Shown: positions 56,236-64,000 of the stretch, one piece after another
Layout of the letters: each line of letters begins with the position of its first letter
How positions within the stretch are numbered: position 1 is the first letter of the stretch
Origin: Rhopilema esculentum
Taxonomy: Eukaryota
Reading direction: 5' to 3'
DNA length: 64,000 bases
NCBI RefSeq assembly: GCF_013076305.1
Contig: NW_027019640.1
Span: forward strand, 4,874,378-4,938,377
The notes under the pieces: generated by a model
The model's database searches: none
Told to the model about the DNA's origin: nothing
The model's input: only the letters and a program-made list of their open reading frames with translations
Position numbers and translations under genes: made by a program

Positions 56236-56298
56236 CATTTGCCGACAATGTTTGTTTACTGTTCTTAATTTGCCGACAGGCTCAAAAATTTGCCGACG
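56236..56298. repeat. Three spaced copies of a 12-mer (a/c)atttgccgac(a/g) within 63 bp in the intergenic region between the divergent CUB-LDLa and thioredoxin-like genes
   Basis: Copies catttgccgaca, aatttgccgaca and aatttgccgacg, at 31-bp and 20-bp spacing. Confidence 0.6.
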
Positions 56299-58629
56299 AG
56301 ACACCCCTAAGTGATAAAAAGCTCCTCGTTTTTTAAGGGAATTTTTACCAAGAGGCTCACCTGGGCGCAATAAAGTTTCCGGCGAAATGTTTAAGCGTTT
56401 AAGCAAAGGGGTTATTCATATTTATTTTAAACCGATATCGATGGTGCTAAACTGACTTGTTTATGATTAGTTTGATTAATTATTGTTTCATTGCCATTTT
56501 TCTTATCGCTTTCTGTTCTTCTGTTGCTATTTTTTATTTTTCAGTTTTTGCTGGTATTTTATTCCTTGAGTTTTGTTGAATCTCAGTCTGCCTTGTTTCC
56601 TATATTGTTTTTATTTTTTGGGGGACAAATCTCAGCCTAATGTTTCTTATATGACGACGTTGTTCTTATAAAAATAGCGTGTAAAACACCAAAGGAAATT
56701 TTTATTCTTATCATCAACATAATTTTGCAGTTTCTGTTTCTTTTTACTGTTTTCTACTACTATAGGCTTACCTTCAAAACATCGCGTTATTTTCAAAATA
56801 ACTATAGGTTTGCAATACAGCTGTTAACAATGTTAAGTAACTTGAAGTTAATCAAAACCAATTGAGGTCTCTATACGCAAGCAATATTTTCCAAACTCTT
56901 CTATTTCAGTTGAATGGTCAAACCGCAAATACTGAAATATCTAAAAATAAAAATAATCTTTCAATTCTACACAGGTTAATTTGTTTAGTAAATTAAACTA
57001 CTTGCATTAATCAAAGATCTGTATTTTACATGATAAAAGTGAGTATTTACAAGAGTATGATTTTTAAAATTCACAAAAATAAAAGTTAAAAAATGACAAG
57101 AACAAAATTTAAAAGATTCACAAGAATGAAAGTTAAAAATTAACAAGAAAAAAATACAAATGATCACAAGAATAAAAACGATAATTTATATACGGTTAAA
57201 AGTTCTGGTTTGTTTCCTTAAATATTTGGTGCCGTAAGATTTGAAGATTCGGTACCACGAAACTACGATATGTGTTATAGTTTACAAATTGGAAAACACT
57301 GAAGTACAAACTCTAATCTATTGTAAAAGGTCATTTTATTATTTATCAATTAACAAATTTTCCACATATAGAGTAAGAATAGTCCAAAGCCAAAACAAAG
57401 AAATCTCTCTTTAGGGCGACGCATATCAAAAACAGACTATAGTCACTCATAGACAACACCGTCAATCTGATTAAAATGGGCAATGTGAATAAAAAGTAAA
57501 CCATACTTTCTCCAGTCAAAATATTATTCGCAACGTGTTCATATTGTGGATGTAAATATAACGATTTAAAAAATGCATAAAAAATAGACAGAGAAAAAAC
57601 CAAGTTCATCGCACATTTTGCCAGTATTATCATCAATAAAAATCACCAGATTGAAGTTGCTTATCCACCCCTGTTTCCGTTTTGCCGATCCCATATTGAA
57701 GCTGTTGTCCTCAAACTTTCTGACCGAAGATAGAACCTTCCAAATGCCTATTGCGGTCAGTGGCGTCGCCAGCTCGAAAAAAACTGGAGTGGACAAAAAC
57801 AAATTTTACTCGGCCACGCCCTTTAGACTCTTGGAAAATCCTTTTTTAGTGTTTCTTTATCTGGCTTTGAATAAATCCGCTTGCCTATTGATAATGTTAC
57901 CAATGGAGTCCTAAGGTGAAAACGAACTCCTTTTGTCTACACAGTAGCGGTTTTTTCGTGCTTATGTAGATAGATTCCAAAACTGCTAGGTGGAACGACG
58001 ATCGGGTTTTACCTGGTAATTTTTTTATCTATTTTGAAATATCTGGACAAGGAACTTTCTCAAGCAGCATTTTTCGTAACGGTGGCTTTTTTGCCAGTGC
58101 GAAAATCGAAATGAATCTGATCAACCCAACCCCATTCCCCCCCAAAGGTTTCTCAACGGGCTTCAAAAAAATCAGAGAATCGGCTTCTGAGATGGGGTTG
58201 ACATGTTGACCCCAGTCCACCCCGTGGCAACACCACTGATTGTGGTCAGAAGCCTAGAATTCTAAAAATGTACATCGTAAATCCTCGAATTAGCCCCCTG
58301 GGGACTTATAAAATTATTGTAGTCATTAAGAAGACATTATTAAAAGACCTCGTTTATTTTAGGAGAAATTTCTTTATGAGCATTAATTCAATTGTTACCA
58401 ATGTTATGGATTTTTCTGGTAATTCAATAAAACGCCAAAGGCAACCTCAGATGGCAAAAATCATCGAATTGAGGGGTCCAACTCGAGAACTTGCGGTAGC
58501 AGTTGGGGCTCATTCGAGGGGGATCTTTTTTAGGGCAGGAGGCAATTCGAGGATTATAGAAACTTGGATGTGAGGCCATTTCAAAAGAGGCTCTGCATAG
58601 AGTTTCATACCAAACACTACCAAACTGTC

Positions 58630-58765
58630 ATGGCGGACAAGTATGTGCTTCTGGCATTCTTCGTGGCCTTACTAACGTGTAAAAGTTTTGCTGACAATGA
58701 GGAGGTTGCTGGAGCTAAGAATGAAATAAATGATGCTGCAAAAGACTTTGAAAAACGATTTTCAG
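58630..58765 (+). CDS. Thioredoxin-like transmembrane protein (TXNDC15-like), exon 1 (signal peptide MADKYVLLAFFVALLTCKSFA..)
   Basis: ORF 58564-58911. A hydrophobic signal-like N-terminus follows the second Met, so the first ATG at 58564 is also possible. Donor G|gttcgt ends in phase 1. Confidence 0.5.
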
Positions 58766-59953
58766 GTTCGTTATTAACTCATTTTTTCCTTCTGCTGCTC
58801 ACTTCCCGAATCAATTTCCATGTCTCTGTCTGTGTGTGGTGCCAAGATGTCCTTCTTTTAGTTCCAACTGTTCCTTCATTTCTCTTCATTTTAGCCAAAA
58901 ATCGGTTATAGATTTGGAATCTTCATTTTTAAATTAGTCCGTTACCGAAATGGTGTTTGGACGGTCCAAGGCTGCGAATTAAATTACGCCGTTTCCAAAA
59001 TTTAGCTTTACATCAACTGCTATCCACCGGACATCGCTGCTGCAATGGAAAAAATCACTTTTAAAATAGTTTAGTGGAAAGTTAGATGAAAATCGATGAC
59101 GTACGTCCGAATCCAAAAGACTCCATGAATATATACAAAAGGGTTTCCGACTTATTCAATATCGTTGAAAGAAAATTTTTAGTGATTCTAGCATTGATTA
59201 ATGTTAAATGATCGTGTAGACGAAAAGTCACGTGGGTCGTTAGATGTCGATCTTGAGCAGATTTGGTTATCACAAGAATAAGACATATGCAGCTTATAAG
59301 CATTAATATAATATTGCTTAAAACCCCCAAAAACAGAGCAGGGGTGAGAGCTACCCTATAAAGATCAAGAACTTAAGTGACCATTAATACTGAGCCAGAT
59401 AGATTTTAAGCATGTAGGCGCTGATATGGCTCTAGAACCCAGGTGGCAAAGCCCCTAGCTTTACAAGGAATGGATTGAGCAGGGGGAATGCCATAAGAAA
59501 TATTCAAAGGGTATGATTCCAGCTGCTTAATATATTATTCCTAACCACCAGGTACAAGTAGCCTCTTCTTCCAACTGTCCTTTACATGGTGAAAACTCTT
59601 TTTACTTGAATTGGGGACAAGATGTGTCTCAATTTCAGCAGGAAAATATAAATTTTTTTCTACTTCAGCTGCCCTTGGCTTCTAGTTGGCTTATTTTAAC
59701 TAACAAATTGTTGAAAATTTTTATTACATGTCTGTGACTAATAAGATGATATTTTAGTTTTGGTGCAAAGTTGAATTTTTGTTTCCACATAATAAAAGCT
59801 TTGGATATTTATTCATTAATTGTAACAGTTTTAAATAGCAACTTAATTTGACAATTAAACCCATAACCATGATTATTGTCATATAATTTCTCAGTTCCGC
59901 AGTATGACTTATTCCTTATACATCACAAAGTCATTGCTCTTTTATTCTGTTAG

Positions 59954-60347
59954 ATGAAATACAAAAGAAAAAGGAGCAGCTAGAATCATTCATAAATGAA
60001 ACAAGTTTTCTTGATGGATTGAATCTGACACTAGGTCAAGAAGAAACGGATACACAGTTCAATGAAACTGAACAGACGGAGGAAGCAACTAAAGAAAAAG
60101 CACGGTGGAACTGTAATTTGATGTCCCTGTTTTCTTCTCAGGAGGAACAAAAAGTTGTTTTAGTAAAGAATGACACACAGCTATCAGATGTCATTGCAAA
60201 GTCAAATGAAAGTCAAAGTTGCTTTTTGTTGTATTTTTATGTTGGTTGGTGTGAGTTTTGTGCAGATTTTGCTGCAGAGATAAATACTGTTGGAAGAGTT
60301 TACTTTGGTTTACCTGTATTGGCAGTTGAATCATATTATTTGTCAAG
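59954..60347 (+). CDS. Thioredoxin-like protein exon 2 (..NDTQLSDVIAKSNESQSCFLLYFYVGWCEFCADFAAEINTVGRVYFGLPVLAVESYYLS)
   Basis: Thioredoxin-fold active-site-like W-C-x-x-C (WCEFC). Acceptor ttctgttag|AT joins exon 1 in frame. Continues the track ORF 60019-60399. Confidence 0.65.
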
Positions 60348-61787
60348 GTATTTCTTTCTTCTATTATTTGTATATGTATGTTATGTTATTGTTCCTTAGT
60401 CTCAGCGATAATCTTAAAAGGATGAAAGGGTCTTAGCAAAAGCCTCAACAGACAGAAAATTACTAATTGGAAGATTATTTAAATTGACAGGAGAAAAAGT
60501 ACAACATTTTAATCTAAGTCAGCTCTCAGCAATATGGACCTAAATGCAGAGCGTGGATGAAGCACTAAAATTTGGCTTGTTTATCTTGAACTTGTTATCT
60601 TTTATGGTTGCTGCAAAAATGAGCAAAGCTTACTATTCAAACCTGCACACTTCTTGATCATTCAGTTAGCCAGGCATTCAATACTTTACTTTTTCCACAC
60701 CTCATATTTCCTTACCAAGGATTCTTCCTCTGTGTTTGTAAAAGCATTTCTATCCAGAAAATTTCTAAAAAAGTCTAGAATTAAGTCTACCCCATACCCT
60801 CTATAAATTGATGCATAGCCCCTTGGGAAAAATCATGGCTGCCATTTAAATCCTGCTTGTGGTGGACCTTAAGGGAAGAATCTCCATAGGTTTTACACAG
60901 GCCTTTCCTGGAGATGCCGGCTATAGCCCCCACTCGTGCAAAATAGATTTGCGGGGGCTTTTTTCTGCCCGTGCAGTTCTTCAAACCATTATTCTCATTT
61001 TATCTACACAGTTTAGCTCCCCAATGTTTGTTCTACTCACCGCTAAATATCAGGGTGTTAGTGAATAAAGAGAAAGAGGTCTTAAAGGCAATCTGCCTCG
61101 TTGTGGACTAATTAACAAGAACAATATCTGGAACAATAGCCTAAACACAATTCCAGTGCTCCGCCATATTTTTTACAATGTGATAAATTAAAGGGTGTTA
61201 TGGTCTCTCCTTGCATAAAGACTTTTTGCGTTGAGCATGAATTGAATAGCGATTCATTGGAATTGTGTGCATTTTGAACCCCCTTTTGTTGTTTGGACAA
61301 TAGAATTTAAGGTGAAAATCAAGGTAAATAGTATTTAAAGAATTATCATTGTAATGTATTTTTGCCTTTGTAAATACTCAAATATAAAAAAATTAACAAC
61401 AGTTCTAAATAGCCCATGCAGCCAAACTTGCAAGGGCTTCTTATAGGTTGTGTTGTTTTTTTTTCTGGAGAGACCTGCACACAGTTTGGTAAAATGTGAG
61501 CTTACAAATATAGTTATTTTCAGATTTTGTTTTTATCTTGCAACAATGCAATTTTTGCTTTTTCTTTGTCAAGTCTGATACCTGGTTTGTAAAGCAATTA
61601 CTGACAAAAACACAAGGCCACAAGTTACCTCAAACATTTTTTGAAGACCCACTCTGAACATATTTTTTTGAAAATCTGCAATAACCATAAAATGTTTGTT
61701 TTACAGTTATAAATTTAAAACTGAGAGATCCATTTAAGTTCTGGCTAAGTGGCTTTTGTGACTTTTTTTACATAATTTTTTTCTCAG

Positions 61788-61915
61788 TATTGCTGGCAAG
61801 TTTGGAGTAACTGGTGTTCCAACATTAATTCTTTTCTACAATGGTCGTCCAGTTGCTAAGTTCAACAGAACAAGATCGTTACAAGGATTAGAAGATTTCA
61901 TCAGCCATACAACTG
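61788..61915 (+). CDS. Thioredoxin-like protein exon 3 (SIAGKFGVTGVPTLILFYNGRPVAKFNRTRSLQGLEDFISHTT)
   Basis: Typical Trx-fold segment (cis-Pro region V-P-T-L..F..G). Acceptor tttctcag|T, in frame with exon 2. Confidence 0.65.
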
Positions 61916-62690
61916 GTATGTCTTAGCAAAATTTCCCATTTATATTTCTCTACTGAACAAGCTACTTTTCATGTATTGAAAATGGTACGTTTATGTCAGA
62001 CAATTTGCTTGTGTTTATGGCTTTATATGTGGGTGAATTCACTACCAGGAGAAAAGTAAGATTTACTCCCAATCTGATTGATGTACATCAAGCAGAGCTT
62101 TTTGGTTTCTGGTTTGGGAGGTCTGGTCTTAGTCCATAGAGCATTGGTTGATACTATGACAGAAAATGATTTTCAGATTTGTGAAAAGAAATAAAAATAT
62201 TTTGCAAACAAGGCAATTTGGCTTTAAGCAGCCAAATGAAATCTAATAATAAATGTTTACGAATAGCATTATAACAATGATTCTAACAAACCTACCTCAG
62301 CCAACTAAAGTCCCAGTACAAGAGAAGTTGTACCTATGCCTGCGCAATTTTAATCATACAAACAATTTTTAGGGTTTTTTTAGAACATGCGCCTCAATGT
62401 ACAGACTAGGCATCATGTTGACTTGTGCCAAGTCAAGTCTCATTATGGTATAAATGAGAGCTTTCGGGCATCACTGTAAACTTTTTAGTAATGAGTAAAA
62501 AGAAGCATTGGATGTGCATTCACTTTTTATCGTTCTGCCATTTAAATGTGTAACCTTGGAACATTCCCATAGAAACATCTGATCCACTGTCTATCTGTTT
62601 AGATCTCAGTGAAGTACATCGTGTATGCACTGTTTAGGATGCATGACCCAGCCCCTTTCAAAAGGCTGCATAATGTTCGTCAAAAAAGTT

Positions 62691-63575
62691 TTCCAAATCT
62701 CTTTCACATCAAAATTTCCATCTCATCAGGCTAAGAATTTTTCCAATTTCCTTTCACATCAAAATTTCCATCTCATCAGGCTAAGAATGTTTCCAATTTC
62801 CTTTCACATCAAAATTTCCATCTCATCAGGCTAAGAATGTTTCCAATTTCCTTTCACATCAAAATTTCCATTTCATCAGGCTAAGAATGTTTCCAATTTC
62901 CTTTCACATCAAAATTTCCATTTCATCAGGCTAAGAATGTTTCCAATTTCCTTTCACATCAAAATTTCCATCTCATCAAGGCTAAGAATGTTTCCAATTT
63001 CCTTTCACATCAAAATTTCCATTTCATCAGGCTAAGAATGTTTCAATTTCCTTTCACATCGAAATTTCCATTTCATCAGGCTAAGAATGTTTCCAATTTC
63101 CTTTCACATCAAAATTTCCATCTCATCAAGCTAAGAATGTTTCCAATTTCCTTTCACATCAAAATTTCCATTTCATCAGGGTTAGAATGTTTCCAATTTT
63201 CTTTCACATCAAAATTTCCAACTCATCAGGCTAAGAATGTTTCCAATTCCCTTTCACATCAAAATTTCCATTTCATCAAGTTAAGAATGTTTCCAATTTC
63301 CTTTCACATCAAAATTTCCATCTCATCAAGCTAAGAATGTTTCCAATTTCCTTTCACATCAAAATTTCCATTTCATCAGGCTAAGAATGTTTCCAATTTC
63401 CTTTCACATCAAAATTTCCATTTCATCAGGCTAAGAATGTTTCCAATTTCCTTTCACATCAAAATTTCCATTTCATCATCTAAGGCTTCTTTTCACATCA
63501 GGCTAAGGATATTTCAAATTCCTTTTTCAAATTTTCATCTTTTCAGGCTAAGAATGTTTCTAATTTCTTTTCACA
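62691..63575. repeat. 50-bp minisatellite of about 17 tandem copies (unit ttccaatttcctttcacatcaaaatttccatYtcatcaggctaagaatgt) in the last intron of the thioredoxin-like gene
   Basis: The line-to-line register shifts by 10 nt per 60-nt line, so the period is 50 nt. Copies differ by a few point changes (c/t, cagg/caag) and 1-nt indels. Confidence 0.9.
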
Positions 63576-63675
63576 TTGATATTTATTGTATATAGGAGCA
63601 AGTAAAAATATTAGTATTTGGGTAAATAATTATTGCTGCAAGCATTTTAAGTATTCTCATTATTTTCATTTCTAG

Positions 63676-63897
63676 GTTTATCTTCAAATATATCCATGCG
63701 TACTGATGACAAAGACTTTGAAGGGCCTCTTCCCACTAAAATTAGATGAGCAAGGTGACATTTATCTTACCTTGTCATTCATTTCAATTGTTGTAATTGC
63801 TATTACCAGTTGGTGTTTAACTGAACAAGCCCAGTCCATAATCAAAATGCTTTGTAATAGGTTCAAGTGTTGGGCTTTACATGAGAAAACTGACTAA
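63676..63897 (+). CDS. Thioredoxin-like protein terminal exon with a TM helix (..GLFPLKLDEQGDIYLTLSFISIVVIAITSWCLTEQAQSIIKMLCNRFKCWALHEKTD, stop)
   Basis: ORF 63706-63897 contains a 20-aa hydrophobic helix. Acceptor tttctag|GTT. The phase relative to exon 3 is not cleanly resolved; an alternative phase gives a short tail ending at a TGA near 63750. Confidence 0.4.
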   Translation, partial: VYLQIYPCVLMTKTLKGLFPLKLDEQGDIYLTLSFISIVVIAITSWCLTEQAQSIIKMLCNRFKCWALHEKTD

Positions 63898-64000
63898 TTT
63901 AATCCTGTAATGCTAATAGTAGATGCAGTTATTTATTAAGAAATTGAAAAGTGTATAAATATACCTTTAAAACATGGCTGTTCATAAAATTTCATGGTTA

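Noticed and set aside
58268-58573. 101-aa ORF immediately upstream of the thioredoxin-like gene
   Set aside because: No signal or domain. It ends where the real exon-1 ORF begins in another frame. Likely 5' UTR or promoter sequence.

Overview
This window is eukaryotic nuclear DNA, almost certainly from an invertebrate metazoan. It is AT-rich, has many short exons with GT-AG introns, contains micro- and minisatellites, and has no prokaryotic gene organisation. By eye I resolved four protein-coding loci. (1) On the + strand, roughly 4.9-10.9 kb, lies the 3' part of a TRAM1/TRAM2 ortholog (translocating chain-associated membrane protein, TLC domain); I could not splice its first coding exon cleanly. 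(2) A complete, roughly 55-exon ortholog of telomerase/vault-associated protein TEP1 runs on the + strand from 12242 to 52044. Its product has a TROVE domain, DUF4062, a NACHT NTPase and more than 15 WD40 blades, and its exons align collinearly with human TEP1. (3) An intronless gene on the - strand (53162-54865) encodes a signal peptide, three CUB domains, an LDL-receptor class A domain and a transmembrane helix (Neto/LRP-like), convergent with TEP1. (4) A thioredoxin-fold, TXNDC15-like gene on the + strand (58.6-63.9 kb) has a signal peptide, a WCEFC motif and a C-terminal transmembrane helix. Noncoding content includes a (GGTAT)n microsatellite of about 600 bp, an (ATCAT)n microsatellite, a 50-bp minisatellite with about 17 copies, two MITE/foldback-like inverted-repeat elements inside TEP1 introns, a 70-bp palindrome, recurrent poly-G/poly-C tracts and a triplicated aatttgccgaca motif. 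There are no rRNA or CRISPR features and no convincing tRNA. Exon coordinates were derived by hand and may be off by 1-2 nt. The most system-like item is the TEP1 locus, which carries a DUF4062-NACHT-WD40 architecture also known from prokaryotic NLR-like defence proteins. Here it is clearly the eukaryotic TEP1 gene, with lineage-specific RG-repeat and acidic Ser-rich insertions.
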